Assembly: GCA_964543335.1 (NCBI GenBank)
Contig: CAZIXS010000001.1
Coordinates: 2,903-66,902 of the forward strand
Length of the DNA: 64,000 bases
Source of the DNA: an uncultured Phycisphaeraceae bacterium
GTDB lineage: Bacteria; Planctomycetota; Phycisphaerae; Phycisphaerales; UBA1924
Direction of reading: 5' to 3'
Shown piece by piece: positions 8,827-18,820 of the stretch (position 1 is its first letter; each line of letters starts with the position of its first letter). The position numbers and the translations under genes were made by a program. The notes under the pieces were generated by a model. It was not told where the DNA came from. It did not search any database and was given only the letters and a program-made list of their open reading frames with translations.

Positions 8827-9459
8827 TCAGTTCAGCCGATGCAGGCCCCGGGAGTCGCGTTCGTGGGTGAGCTGTCCCCACGCCGGGGTGTGGTCTTTGA
8901 CGAGCTTGATCAGCTGCGTCGGTGAGACGCCGAGACGGATGGCGGCTGGCTTGACCTCCCAACCGGAAGCAGCGATCGCGTCCATGGCTTCGGCGAGGAT
9001 GGCTGGGAAGTCGTGGTGACGCGGGTTGCAGACGATTCGCCCGGTCGGGGCCTCGGGCTCTGGAGAGCGCAGGGTGATGCCGAGTTTCTCGAAGACGGGG
9101 TCTTTGGGCGTGTTCTTCGGCTTGGCCGAGCGCTTCGGCTTCTGGATGCGTGACTTCCAGAGCGCCGAGCCAATAGGCCCGTCGGGCACGCCGATGCGGT
9201 GCTCGCTCGCGAGCTTGAGGCGAAGACGCTTGAGCGCTTCACGCTTGTTGTCGACGGCGCTGCGCCGTTCACCTGCGGTCGCGGCGAGGCCGGTGGGGTG
9301 GTGCGTAATGGTGACCTGGGTCGAGACCTTGTTGCGGTGCTGGCCACCGGGTCCGGAGGATCGCGATTGTCCGACGGTGCACTCGCGGAGCAGCAGTTCG
9401 TCCGGCCAGGCAGCGGGATGGGCGTAGTGGGGCGATTGGGCGGGGTTCGTGCTGCTCAT
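8827..9459 (-). CDS. RF-1-domain GGQ protein (ArfB/YaeJ-like peptidyl-tRNA hydrolase) with an extra C-terminal domain
   Basis: SSGPGGQHRNKVSTQV GGQ motif, followed by a basic linker and a ~90-aa C-terminal extension (..AIRLGVSPTQLIKLVKDH..). The start overlaps the tsaD stop (ATGA). Confidence 0.7.
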   Translation of the reverse strand: MSSTNPAQSPHYAHPAAWPDELLLRECTVGQSRSSGPGGQHRNKVSTQVTITHHPTGLAATAGERRSAVDNKREALKRLRLKLASEHRIGVPDGPIGSALWKSRIQKPKRSAKPKNTPKDPVFEKLGITLRSPEPEAPTGRIVCNPRHHDFPAILAEAMDAIAASGWEVKPAAIRLGVSPTQLIKLVKDHTPAWGQLTHERDSRGLHRLN

Positions 9460-10523
9460 CGTGAACCGGTGGGGCGGGCGGCGAGGGCGAGGTCGTCGAA
9501 GGATCCGGCAACGGCACGCTCATGCGCGAGCCCGGCGATCATCGCGGCGTTGTCGAGGCAGTAGGCCATCTTCGGCACGCGCACCGGGATGCGGAGCGTG
9601 TTGCCCAGCGCCTGGACGCGGTCACGCAGCAGACTGTTCGCAGAGACACCGCCCCCGACGAGGATCGAGCGGGGAGGTGTTTCGAAGGTGTCCACGGCGC
9701 GTTTCATTTTGAGCACCACGGCATCGATCGCGGCCTTCTGGAACGATGCGCAGAGGTTGTCGATCTCGGTCTGGCTCAGTTCGGCGGCGTCACGCTCAAA
9801 GACGGGTTTGGCGCCGGGCTCGTCCGAGGCGGTGGGCGTGCCGCGCACGGTATAGAGGATCGCGGTTTTGAGTCCGCTGTAGGAGAAATCCAGGGAACCG
9901 GGTTTGAGGCGGCTGATGGGGAGTTGGTGGTGCGAGGCATCGCCCTGCTGGGCGCGACGGTCGACGATGGGCCCGCCGGGGTAGCCGAGTCCGAGGATGG
10001 AGGCGGCCTTGTCGTAGGCCTCGCCGATGGCGTCGTCGATGGTGGAGCCGAGGCGGGTCATATCGAGCGGCGCGTCCACGCGGTACATCGCCGTGTGCCC
10101 GCCGCTGACGACAAGGCCGAGGGCTGGGAAGAGCGAATCGTGTGTCCACGAATCGTCGTCGAGCAGAGCCGCGTAGAGGTGGGCCTCGATGTGGTCCACG
10201 CCGATCACGGGTTTGCCGAGTGACCAGGCGAGCGACTTTGCCGCGGCGACTCCGACCAGCAGCGAACCGATGAGGCCGGGCCGGTTGCCGACGGCGAACG
10301 CGTCGATGTCTGCGAGCGAGCATTCTGCGTCGTCGAGCGCGGTCTCGATGACGGGGAGGATGCGCTCGACATGGGCGCGGCTGGCGATTTCGGGAACGAC
10401 GCCGCCGTATTCGGCGTGCAGATCGATCTGTGAAGAGATGGCGTTGGACCGGACGGTGCGCCCGTTCTCGACGACGGCGGCGGCGGTTTCATCGCAGGAT
10501 GATTCGATGCCGAGGATGATCAT
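9456..10523 (-). CDS. tsaD: tRNA N6-adenosine threonylcarbamoyltransferase TsaD
   Basis: MIILGIESSCDETAAAVV.., GGHT, and GGVSAN motifs; 355 aa. Confidence 0.93.
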   Translation of the reverse strand: MIILGIESSCDETAAAVVENGRTVRSNAISSQIDLHAEYGGVVPEIASRAHVERILPVIETALDDAECSLADIDAFAVGNRPGLIGSLLVGVAAAKSLAWSLGKPVIGVDHIEAHLYAALLDDDSWTHDSLFPALGLVVSGGHTAMYRVDAPLDMTRLGSTIDDAIGEAYDKAASILGLGYPGGPIVDRRAQQGDASHHQLPISRLKPGSLDFSYSGLKTAILYTVRGTPTASDEPGAKPVFERDAAELSQTEIDNLCASFQKAAIDAVVLKMKRAVDTFETPPRSILVGGGVSANSLLRDRVQALGNTLRIPVRVPKMAYCLDNAAMIAGLAHERAVAGSFDDLALAARPTGSR

Positions 10524-12142
10524 GGGCGGGTGGGCTCGCCGGGTGCAGCGGTGGTGGTTTCGGTGCGGTCCGGCCAGGAGGCGTGCTCGAGTTTGTGCTG
10601 CAGCGCTTCGACGGCGAGGGCGAGGGGTGGGTCCTGCAGGCGTTCGCGGATCCAGATCGGATCGGTCCAGGAGCTGTCTTCGGCGTCTTTGCCGGGTCGG
10701 AGGACTTCTTCCTCGCGCCGGATGGTCCAGAGCTGGATGAGCTGCTCATCGCTGAGTTCCAGTTCGTAGCCCGGAGTCGGATCGACGCCCCAGACCTCGG
10801 AATCGTGGTGGCGGTGCAGGCTGCGTCCGGAGGGCAGGTAGTAGTCGGCTTCGGTGATTTTGAGTTGGCCGTTGCCCGAGGGGAGCGGGACGATGGCCTG
10901 CACGAGTCCTTTGCCGAAGGTGCGTTCGCCGATGACGATGGCGCGTCCGTTGTCGCTGAGTGCGCCGGCGAGGATTTCGCTGGCTGAGGCGCTCGAGCGG
11001 TCGACGAGTAGCGCGATCGGGAAGGTGGGCAGGGTGCCTCGTGCACCGGCACGCTCGGTATAGCGTGGTCGGTTGCGCCCTTCGACGGAGACGATCTCAC
11101 CGGATTCGAGGAGGAGGTCGGAGATCTGGACGGCGGCCGCGAGTGATCCGCCGGAGTTGCGCCGGAGGTCGAGCACGAGACCGTTCATGCCGCGATCGAG
11201 GAGTTCGGTCAGCACGAGCAGGAGGCGCGGCGTGGTTTCGTCGGTGAACTGGCTGATGCGCACGTAGGCGATGCTGTTCTCGGGATCGACCATCCAGAGC
11301 CAGTCCTGACCGTCTCGGTGCAGGCCTCGCACGGTCTGGGTGCGGATGCGGTCGCGGGTGATGATCAGGTCGAATCGTTCGGAGCCCTCGGCGGGTCCGG
11401 GCGCGGTCACGGGTTGATCCGGTGAGCCGATCTGCCCCGCGGGTCGGGAATCGACGAGGACTTCGCCGGGTACGGTGGGCTCGAGTGCAGTTGAGGGTGG
11501 TGACCCTGCTTCGCTTTGGCGTTCGACCGTGATCCGGACATCGGTGCCGGGTCTGCCCGTGAGGTCGGCGATGATCAGGTCGACCTGGCGCTGCCAGGTC
11601 GAGGCACCATCCACGGCCACGACGAGATCACCGGCTTGGAGGCCAGCAACGAGCGCTGGAGAATCATCCATTGGGCTGGTGATCTGGAGCCAGCCTTCCG
11701 GAGTCATCCGGATCTCGGCACCGATGCCGACGAACTCGCCACGCACGACCTTGTCGAACTCCTGTTGTCTGGAAGGCGGGATGTACTCGGAATAGGGGTC
11801 GCCGAGTGTGTCGAGCATGCCTCGGATGGCGCCGAGACGGAGTTCTTCTTCGTCGTAGTCGCGGTAGTAGTAGCGGTCGACGAGGTGGGCGATGTCGATG
11901 ACGGGTTCGGTGAACTCGGCGTCGGCCATTCTGGCGGTGATGGCACCGGGCATGCGAGCGACGAGGATGCCGCCAACCGCGACGATCAAGAGGATCGCGA
12001 GGAATTGGCTCTTTGGACGCTCGTGTTGGGTCTCTGGCACGGGTTCTCCGGGGTGATGCTTGCCGCTGTGTGGCGGGTGGTATACGGTATGCGACCGCGG
12101 GGCGGCTGACACGCCCGGCTCACGAGGTATGACCGAAGCCAT
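10520..12142 (-). CDS. S41 C-terminal processing peptidase with PDZ domain
   Basis: N-terminal TM anchor, PDZ region (GIGAEI.., GDLVVAVDG), catalytic region (LVDRSSASASEILAGAL, KG). The stop overlaps the tsaD start. Confidence 0.85.
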   Translation of the reverse strand: MASVIPREPGVSAAPRSHTVYHPPHSGKHHPGEPVPETQHERPKSQFLAILLIVAVGGILVARMPGAITARMADAEFTEPVIDIAHLVDRYYYRDYDEEELRLGAIRGMLDTLGDPYSEYIPPSRQQEFDKVVRGEFVGIGAEIRMTPEGWLQITSPMDDSPALVAGLQAGDLVVAVDGASTWQRQVDLIIADLTGRPGTDVRITVERQSEAGSPPSTALEPTVPGEVLVDSRPAGQIGSPDQPVTAPGPAEGSERFDLIITRDRIRTQTVRGLHRDGQDWLWMVDPENSIAYVRISQFTDETTPRLLLVLTELLDRGMNGLVLDLRRNSGGSLAAAVQISDLLLESGEIVSVEGRNRPRYTERAGARGTLPTFPIALLVDRSSASASEILAGALSDNGRAIVIGERTFGKGLVQAIVPLPSGNGQLKITEADYYLPSGRSLHRHHDSEVWGVDPTPGYELELSDEQLIQLWTIRREEEVLRPGKDAEDSSWTDPIWIRERLQDPPLALAVEALQHKLEHASWPDRTETTTAAPGEPTRP

Positions 12143-12312
12143 GATTCTCTAAGAAACCACCATATTCCGCACTGGTTTCGATTCACCGGCGAGTTGGCCA
12201 ATCGGCCCGCCGGTGTCTTGGTTGGTCCCTCTACAATTCACATTCTGAGATTATCCGGCTGCAAGTCCCCGCTTGAATAAGCGGCGACGGTTCGCCGGGG
12301 CACGGTACCCAT

Positions 12313-13731
12313 ATGTCACAACCCAAAGAACGCAAAGACATCAACATCCGGCGCGAGCGAGCGGTGCTCGTGGCGGTTCATCTACCCGATTCGGTCTTCG
12401 ACGAACGCGACCCGCTCGGCGAACTGCGGGCGCTGGCGGAGACTGCCGGTTCGTCCGTGGTCGGCGAACTGACGCAGAACCGCGATCGCCCGGAAGCGGG
12501 CACCTTCATCGGCAAGGGCAAGCTGGACGAGCTCAAAGCCATGTGCGATGAGCTGAAGGCCGGGGTGGTGATCTTTGACAACCTGCTCTCGCCCAAGCAG
12601 ATCGCGGCGATCGAGAAGATCGTCGAGCGCAAGGTCATCGATCGGTGCGAACTGATCCTGGACATCTTCGCGCAGCGCGCGATGACGAAGCAGGCCAAGC
12701 TGGCGGTCGAGCTCGCGCAGCTTGAGTACACCTACCCGCGCCTGCGCGCCATGTGGACGCACCTCGAGCGCATCGTCGGTGTGGGCGGTATCGGCGGCGT
12801 CGGTACACGCGGCCCTGGCGAGCAGCAGCTCGAGATCGACCGGCGACTGGTGCAGCGCCGCAAGACCATGCTGAAGCGCGAGCTCGACGAGATCCACGCC
12901 CGCAAGGAGCGCGAGGTCGCCGAGCGCAATCTGGACTACTTCACCGTCGGGCTGGTCGGTTACACCAACGCGGGGAAATCCACGCTGTTCAACACGCTCA
13001 CCGAGGGCGGTGCGTACGCGGATGACAAGGTGTTCGCCACGCTCATGAGCCGCACGAGGCGGCTCGATCTCGGCGGGGGCGTAGGTGCGATGCTTTCGGA
13101 CACGGTGGGGTTCATCCGCGACCTGCCGCACAACCTGGTGGCGTCGTTCAAGGCGACGCTGGAGGAGGCGACGCGGGCCGATCTGCTCGTGGTGGTGCTG
13201 GACATATCCGACCCTGCCGCGGAGATCCACTACGAGACGGTCAATCGCACGCTGGACGAGCTGTTCGCCGATGCCGAGGACCGGGATGAATCACGCCTGG
13301 ATACCTGGGAAAAGCCGCGTTACGCGCATATGCACTCCAAGAAGCAGAAGGACCGGCCCGGCTTCCGCGAGCCAAAGCGGATCCTGCTGCTGAACAAGGC
13401 CGATCGGCTGCTCGATAACGCATCGCTGCTGGTCTGGCAGCAGCGTTTTCCAGAGGCGATCCCGTTCTGCGCCCTCGCGGGCAAGGAGGGCGAGCCGATG
13501 CCGCTGGGCCAGGAGGAGCTGCTGAACCGGATTCGCGCGGCGATTCTCGGGGAGGTCCGCGAGGTGAACCTGACGATCCCGATGCGCGAGGGGAAGTTGA
13601 TCGACTTGGTCGAGAAGCAGGCCGAGGTGCTGGATCGCTCGTGGCAGGATGGCACGGTGACGCTGACCGCCCGGATCGGTTCGCGACTGCTGGAGCAGGT
13701 GGCGTCCAATAACAGCGTGCGTGTTCTGTAG
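12313..13731 (+). CDS. hflX: GTPase HflX
   Basis: HflX N-domain (ELRALAETAG, LDIFAQRAMTKQAKLAVELAQLEY) and G-domain (GYTNAGKSTLFN, DTVGF, NKAD). Confidence 0.92.
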   Translation: MSQPKERKDINIRRERAVLVAVHLPDSVFDERDPLGELRALAETAGSSVVGELTQNRDRPEAGTFIGKGKLDELKAMCDELKAGVVIFDNLLSPKQIAAIEKIVERKVIDRCELILDIFAQRAMTKQAKLAVELAQLEYTYPRLRAMWTHLERIVGVGGIGGVGTRGPGEQQLEIDRRLVQRRKTMLKRELDEIHARKEREVAERNLDYFTVGLVGYTNAGKSTLFNTLTEGGAYADDKVFATLMSRTRRLDLGGGVGAMLSDTVGFIRDLPHNLVASFKATLEEATRADLLVVVLDISDPAAEIHYETVNRTLDELFADAEDRDESRLDTWEKPRYAHMHSKKQKDRPGFREPKRILLLNKADRLLDNASLLVWQQRFPEAIPFCALAGKEGEPMPLGQEELLNRIRAAILGEVREVNLTIPMREGKLIDLVEKQAEVLDRSWQDGTVTLTARIGSRLLEQVASNNSVRVL

Positions 13732-13903
13732 GCGCGTGCGGTTAGGCGAAAGTACCGGGAAGTCGGCTTTGTCGACTTGAGGCCGTCAAGTCCCCCCCAA
13801 ACAGGTCGAATCCAGAGGTCAAGACTGTGTGCTCGTCTGCTGGCGGGTGGAGCCCGTCATCGGGGAGGGACGGGCTGTCGTTCCGGTCTTGGAGGAGACG
13901 ATC

Positions 13904-15955
13904 GTGGGGCCTGTGACTATCGAGAGTGTGCTTCAGTGCCCACAGTTGCCATCGCTGCCAGCGATCGCAGCGCAGGTTCTTGAGCTGACGAGCCGTCAGG
14001 ATGTTCCGATCCGTGAGATCGCCAGTGTCGTTCAGAACGACCAGGCGCTGGCGGGCAAGATCCTTAAGACCGTGAATTCCAGTTTCTACGGGCTATCCAG
14101 CCCATGCCCGACGATCGATCGGGCGATGTCCTATCTGGGGTTGAACACCGTCAAGTCGCTGGTGCTGGGGTTCAGCTTCGTGGACTCCCACCGGGGTATT
14201 TCCGATTCGGATCCGCCCCAGAAGGGATTTAACCTCACGCACCACTGGCGTCGGACGATCTACGGTGCGTCTGCGGCCCGCATCGTCGCCGGGGCCACGG
14301 ACACGCTGGATCCCGATGAGGCGTTTCTCGCGGCGCTCCTGCAGGATGTCGGCATGCTCGCGATGTTCGTGAGTCTTGGCGCGGACTACGCCCGGACCAT
14401 TGAAAACACCGACGGAGACAATGAGCGGGTGATCCTGGCCGAGCGCGAAGCGTTCGGGATTACACACAACGAGGTCGGGGCGGCGCTCGCTGAGAAATGG
14501 CGCTTGCCCTCGACGATCATTCACGCCGCCCGCCATCATCACGACCCGTCCGATGCGCCGAAGCTGCACGCCGATCTCGTGCGGTGCGGCGGCCTGGCCT
14601 CGCTGATGGCGTCTGCTGCGGCTCACGAAGCCGGCGAACGCGAGTTGACCCTGTATCTTCAGAGAGCACGCGCGTGGTTCGGGATGGACCGCGAGCGCGC
14701 CGAGAAGATGCTGCAGCAGGCCGTGGAAGGCGCGGTGCAGCTTTCCGGGCTGTTCGCGGTGGATACAGGTTCCCGGCCGGATCTGGCGCGACTGCTCGCC
14801 GATGCCAGCGAAGCACTGGTCGAACATCAGATCCACACCCAGCGCCAGGCCGAAGAATTCGCGCGGCAGGCGTTCACCGACGGCCTGACCGGCATCGGCA
14901 ACCGCAAGCACTTTGACGATGTGCTCAAGCAGGAGTTTGACCGGGCGACTTCGTCAGACGGCGCGTTGAGCGTGCTGTTCTGCGATGCCGACAAGTTCAA
15001 ACCGCTGAACGACACGCACGGGCATCAGGCGGGCGATGCGATTCTGGTGCAACTGGCGAAGCGCCTGAGCGAGAGCGTGGGCGATGCGGGAACCGTCTGC
15101 CGTTACGGCGGCGAGGAATTCGCAGCGATCATCCCCGGGCTGTCCGTTGACGAGGCCACAAAAGTCGCCGAGCGCTGCCGCGTGGCGGTCGAGAGCCAAC
15201 TCTTTGATCTTCGCGACACGCCCTGCGAGCCCGATGAGTTGCCCGTCACCATCAGCGTCGGCATCGCGACCCGCGAAGCCGGCACAGGTTCGATGGTCGG
15301 TTCGGCGGACCTTCTGCTCAGGGCAGCGGATAAAGCGGTGTACGCGGCCAAGGACAGCGGTCGCAACTGCGTGCGCATCCTTCGGTTCCGCCCGAAGCCA
15401 CAGAGCGAGGCGACCCCCAAAGCCGCCGCGGATGTCGCAGCTGCGCGAGCGCAGAACCCTCCGCAGGGGCACTCTTCACAAGCGGCGTCGGTCTCTCGGT
15501 CGAATCCGGTTCACCAGGATTCGAGTGCCGTGAGCCGGTCCGATTACCGCATCCTGCTTGTAGAGGACGACTTGATCCAGCAGAAGCTCATCAGCACTCC
15601 GCTCGTCAAGCGTGACGGTTACGCCGTGGATATGGCCAGCGATGGACGCAGCGCCATGGACAAGATCAACCAGGGCCCCGAGGGCACCGGGCGATCACGG
15701 TACGACCTGATCCTGCTCGACATCGGGCTGCCCGATACGACCGGGGTGGAACTGGTTCGCCAGATCCGCACGAGCCCGTCGGATGGGACGACGGCGGTGG
15801 TGGTGCTCTCGGCGTCGGAGGACGATCAGGACATCCGCGACTGCCTCTCGGCCGGGGCGAACGCCTACATCACCAAGCAGTCGATCTGCGACGACCCCAA
15901 GACCCGCATCCTCAATATCGTGAAGTTCTGGACCACCACCAGAAGGGCGGCCTGA
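13904..15955 (+). CDS. HDOD - GGDEF - C-terminal receiver (REC) signalling protein
   Basis: HDOD region (LPSLPAIAAQVLELT..), GGDEF domain with an intact RYGGEEFAAI site, REC (ILLVEDD..DLILLDIGLPDTTG). The GTG at 13904 is preferred because GGAGGAG lies 7 nt upstream; the ORF is open from 13829. Confidence 0.85.
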   Translation: MGPVTIESVLQCPQLPSLPAIAAQVLELTSRQDVPIREIASVVQNDQALAGKILKTVNSSFYGLSSPCPTIDRAMSYLGLNTVKSLVLGFSFVDSHRGISDSDPPQKGFNLTHHWRRTIYGASAARIVAGATDTLDPDEAFLAALLQDVGMLAMFVSLGADYARTIENTDGDNERVILAEREAFGITHNEVGAALAEKWRLPSTIIHAARHHHDPSDAPKLHADLVRCGGLASLMASAAAHEAGERELTLYLQRARAWFGMDRERAEKMLQQAVEGAVQLSGLFAVDTGSRPDLARLLADASEALVEHQIHTQRQAEEFARQAFTDGLTGIGNRKHFDDVLKQEFDRATSSDGALSVLFCDADKFKPLNDTHGHQAGDAILVQLAKRLSESVGDAGTVCRYGGEEFAAIIPGLSVDEATKVAERCRVAVESQLFDLRDTPCEPDELPVTISVGIATREAGTGSMVGSADLLLRAADKAVYAAKDSGRNCVRILRFRPKPQSEATPKAAADVAAARAQNPPQGHSSQAASVSRSNPVHQDSSAVSRSDYRILLVEDDLIQQKLISTPLVKRDGYAVDMASDGRSAMDKINQGPEGTGRSRYDLILLDIGLPDTTGVELVRQIRTSPSDGTTAVVVLSASEDDQDIRDCLSAGANAYITKQSICDDPKTRILNIVKFWTTTRRAA

Positions 15956-16034
15956 GCGGTGGGAATCGGTCGGAAACCGCCGGGCATGGCCGGTGGACAG
16001 GCGCGGAGAAAACAGCGATAATCCGCGGCTCGAC

Positions 16035-16107
16035 GCCACCATAGCTCAGTTGGTAGAGCGAAGCTTTCGTAAAGCTTAGGTCGCCGGTTCGAGTCCGGCT
16101 GGTGGCT
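16035..16107 (+). tRNA. tRNA-Thr (anticodon CGU)
   Basis: Cloverleaf read by eye: acceptor GCCACCA/TGGTGGC, D arm GCTC-AGTTGGT-AGAGC, anticodon arm AAGCT-TTCGTAA-AGCTT, variable loop AGGTC, T arm GCCGG-TTCGAGT-CCGGC. No encoded CCA. Confidence 0.9.
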
Positions 16108-16226
16108 CTTTTCGCTCCTCCGCATCAACAGACGACCGTCCGGCCAGCCCGTGGCGGTTTTTCTTGCGCCCCGTGGATGAGCACCACCGACCACGGACGC
16201 CGGCGAGCCCTTACACTGGACCTCCT

Positions 16227-17825
16227 ATGGCCAAAGCAGACCCCAGAGAAATCAACGCGATCCTCCAATCCGCCAAGTCCGCGCTCGCGGCGGGCCAGTT
16301 GCAGGATGCCGAAGCCGGGCTTCGGAAGATCCTGGCAGTCTCCCCCCGTCATGCGGAGGCGACCTTCCACCTCGGTATGGTCGCTCTGCGCGTCGGGCTG
16401 AACAACGAAGCCGCGGAGCTCTTCGAACGGTCGATCGCGATCGAGCCGAAGCAGATCGCGTCGTACTTCGCGCTGGCCGATGCAAGGCACCGACTGGGGC
16501 ATCTGTTCGAGCATGTCGCGGCGCTTGAGCGGGCGCTCAAGCTTGCGCCGAACAATCCGACCGTGATGGCGCAGCTGGCCAACGGCATGAACCTGATCGG
16601 TCGCTATGAGGACGCGCTGGATCTGGCGGATCGGGCCATGCTCCTGCAGCCGCAGATGATCCAGCTGTATGTGCTCAAGGCGACATCGCTCGGTTTGCTC
16701 AAGCGGTTTGATGAAGCGGTGGCGGTCTGCCGCGAGGTGTTCAAGGTCGCCGAGGAGGCCAAAGCGGAAGCCCCGATGATGGTGACCATCGCTTTCGCGC
16801 AGATGGCGACACAGACCGGCAACGAGGAGGAGGCGCTCGAGCGACTGGCGCGAACGCTCAACCGAACGGACATCCATCCGAGGGAGCGCATGAGCGCCGC
16901 GCAGGCCGCGGCGGTGATCAAGGAATCACAGGGCGAGCACAAGGCGGCGTTCGATCTGTTCACCCTCGGGAACCACGCCTCGCAGAGCCGCTGGGACCCG
17001 GCGGGGAACAGCCGGTTTGTCGATTCGATGATCGAGATGTGCTCCAGGGAGTTTCTCTCCGGGCTGCCGAGTTCGAACAATCCCTCTGAGGTGCCGGTAT
17101 TCATCGTGGGCATGCCCCGATCGGGGACCACGCTGGTCGAGCAGATCCTCGGCTGCCACGAATCGGTCTGCCCGCTGGGCGAACTGCTCGACACCTGGGA
17201 CACGATCTCAGCCGTTGCGCGAGAGACGCGCACCAAGCCACTGTCCCGCGAGTTCTTCGGCAAGCTGACGACCAAGCGGCTGGAAGACGCCGCACGACGT
17301 TTCTTCACGAAGCATCGCAAGGAGATCGGTGGGGCGGCCCGCGCGATCGACAAGATGCCGACGAATTTCGCGTATCTCCCCTTCATCGCGAGTGTGTTCC
17401 CACAGGCGCGGGTGATCCACTGCCGGCGTGATCCGATGGATACCTGCTGGTCGAATTACGCCACGCAGTATTCACTGGATCTCCCCTTCAGCCACAATCT
17501 CAGCCACTTGGGGCAGTACTACCGGGATTACGAGCGACTGATGGAGCACTACAAGTCGGTGCTGGATCTGCCCATCCTGGAAGTGCAGTACGAAGAACTG
17601 GTCGCCGACACCGAAGGCCAGGCCCGGCGCATGTTGGACTTCCTCGGCCTGGATTGGGATGAGCGTGTGCTGCGGTTCAACGAGTCGGATCGCCGCGTGC
17701 TGACGGCGAGCCTTGCGCAGGTGACGCAGCCCATCTACACCTCGTCGATCGGGCGGCACAAGCCGTACGAGCCGATGCTGGGCGAACTGAAGACAGCACT
17801 GGGCATCGCCGAAGCCGCCAACTGA
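16227..17825 (+). CDS. TPR-repeat sulfotransferase-family protein
   Basis: N-terminal TPR repeats followed by the PAPS-binding 5'-PSB motif (VFIVGMPRSGTTLVEQIL) and a sulfotransferase C-region. The ATG at 16227 is in frame with the 16164 ORF. Confidence 0.8.
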   Translation: MAKADPREINAILQSAKSALAAGQLQDAEAGLRKILAVSPRHAEATFHLGMVALRVGLNNEAAELFERSIAIEPKQIASYFALADARHRLGHLFEHVAALERALKLAPNNPTVMAQLANGMNLIGRYEDALDLADRAMLLQPQMIQLYVLKATSLGLLKRFDEAVAVCREVFKVAEEAKAEAPMMVTIAFAQMATQTGNEEEALERLARTLNRTDIHPRERMSAAQAAAVIKESQGEHKAAFDLFTLGNHASQSRWDPAGNSRFVDSMIEMCSREFLSGLPSSNNPSEVPVFIVGMPRSGTTLVEQILGCHESVCPLGELLDTWDTISAVARETRTKPLSREFFGKLTTKRLEDAARRFFTKHRKEIGGAARAIDKMPTNFAYLPFIASVFPQARVIHCRRDPMDTCWSNYATQYSLDLPFSHNLSHLGQYYRDYERLMEHYKSVLDLPILEVQYEELVADTEGQARRMLDFLGLDWDERVLRFNESDRRVLTASLAQVTQPIYTSSIGRHKPYEPMLGELKTALGIAEAAN

Positions 17826-17853
17826 GCCGCGGTCGTCGTTTCGGATCCCGAGA

Positions 17854-18354
17854 TCAGACTCCTGTGGAGCCGAAGCCGCCGCTTCCTCGCGCGGTCTCGT
17901 CGAGGTCATCGACCGTTTCGATGCTGGCGTGCGCGACCGGGGCGATGACCATTTGTGCGATCCGCATGCCGGGTTCGACGGTGAACGGCTCGCGTCCGAG
18001 GTTGATCAGGGGGACCTTCACCTCTCCGCGGTAATCGGCATCGATGGTGCCCGGGCTGTTGGGGAGGGTGATGCCGTGTTTCGAGGCCAGCCCGGAACGA
18101 GGGCGCACCTGCGCTTCATACCCGGGTTCGAGGGCCATCCGGAAGCCGCACGGGATCACGCGGATGTCACCGGGCTGGAGGGTGACGGGCTGACCGTCTT
18201 CGGGGGCGGCGCTCAGGTCCAGGCCCGCCGCGAGTTCGGACTGGTACGCGGGAGCTACCACACCTTCACGGATCGGTCGGATCCGGAGCCAAGGGGTCGT
18301 GGTGTTCTGGAGGTGGCGGGCGGTGCAATGGTCTGGTGCGTCGGCGGTATTCAC
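17854..18354 (-). CDS. dut: dUTP diphosphatase
   Basis: Motifs [39 protein letters not shown]. Confidence 0.92.
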   Translation of the reverse strand: MNTADAPDHCTARHLQNTTTPWLRIRPIREGVVAPAYQSELAAGLDLSAAPEDGQPVTLQPGDIRVIPCGFRMALEPGYEAQVRPRSGLASKHGITLPNSPGTIDADYRGEVKVPLINLGREPFTVEPGMRIAQMVIAPVAHASIETVDDLDETARGSGGFGSTGV

Positions 18355-18358
18355 ACCC

Positions 18359-18685
18359 TCAGCCTACCAGCGAAGTCACACCCGCATCCAGACGAACCGA
18401 GTCGAGGGAAGTGACGGTGCGCCGGACCTCGTTCACTTCGCGCTTCAGGCGGTCGATCATCCGTGAGGTGGCGGCGATGGCCTGCTCGATGGCTGAGGAA
18501 CCGGTCACGGCCTTCATGGCATCCGCCCGCTTGAACTCTTTGGCCTGCTGGTCCGCTTCCGTCTTGGCCTCATGGAGGGCGCGGAGCACAGCTTCGGCGC
18601 TGCGCAGCCGTTCATGCAGTTCGGCAACCAGGCGGTGCCGGGGACCCTGGGGTTCCTGGTGGAGTTTGGGTTCGGGGTTGGCCAT
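18359..18685 (-). CDS. Small coiled-coil protein, hypothetical
   Basis: 108-aa ORF, 4 nt upstream of dut on the same strand, with coding-like GC3. No motif recognised. Confidence 0.5.
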   Translation of the reverse strand: MANPEPKLHQEPQGPRHRLVAELHERLRSAEAVLRALHEAKTEADQQAKEFKRADAMKAVTGSSAIEQAIAATSRMIDRLKREVNEVRRTVTSLDSVRLDAGVTSLVG

Positions 18686-18820
18686 GCGATTCTCTCCTCA
18701 GAGCCCCGCTCTCCGAGCGGGTGGGAGGTATTGGCAGACACGGGCAGGAACGCCTGCCGACTATGTGCTTCGGCAGGAGAGCCCGCCTCTTTCAAATTAT
18801 CGAGACCTTTACACGCCGAA

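Noticed and set aside
12143-12312. Short hairpins in the S41-protease/hflX divergent spacer (GAAACCA..TGGTTTC, CCGCTT-gaat-AAGCGG)
   Set aside because: The stems are only 6-7 bp with no T-tract or recognisable riboswitch/leader architecture. This is compatible with chance in GC-rich DNA.
16164-16226. Upstream extension of the TPR-sulfotransferase ORF
   Set aside because: The extension is an Arg/Pro-rich, non-TPR sequence. The ATG at 16227 gives MAKADPREIN.. leading straight into the TPR repeats.
16035-17825. Possible genomic island integrated at tRNA-Thr
   Set aside because: There is no integrase. I could not find a direct repeat of the tRNA 3' end downstream by eye. The following genes have the same GC3-rich codon usage as the rest of the window.
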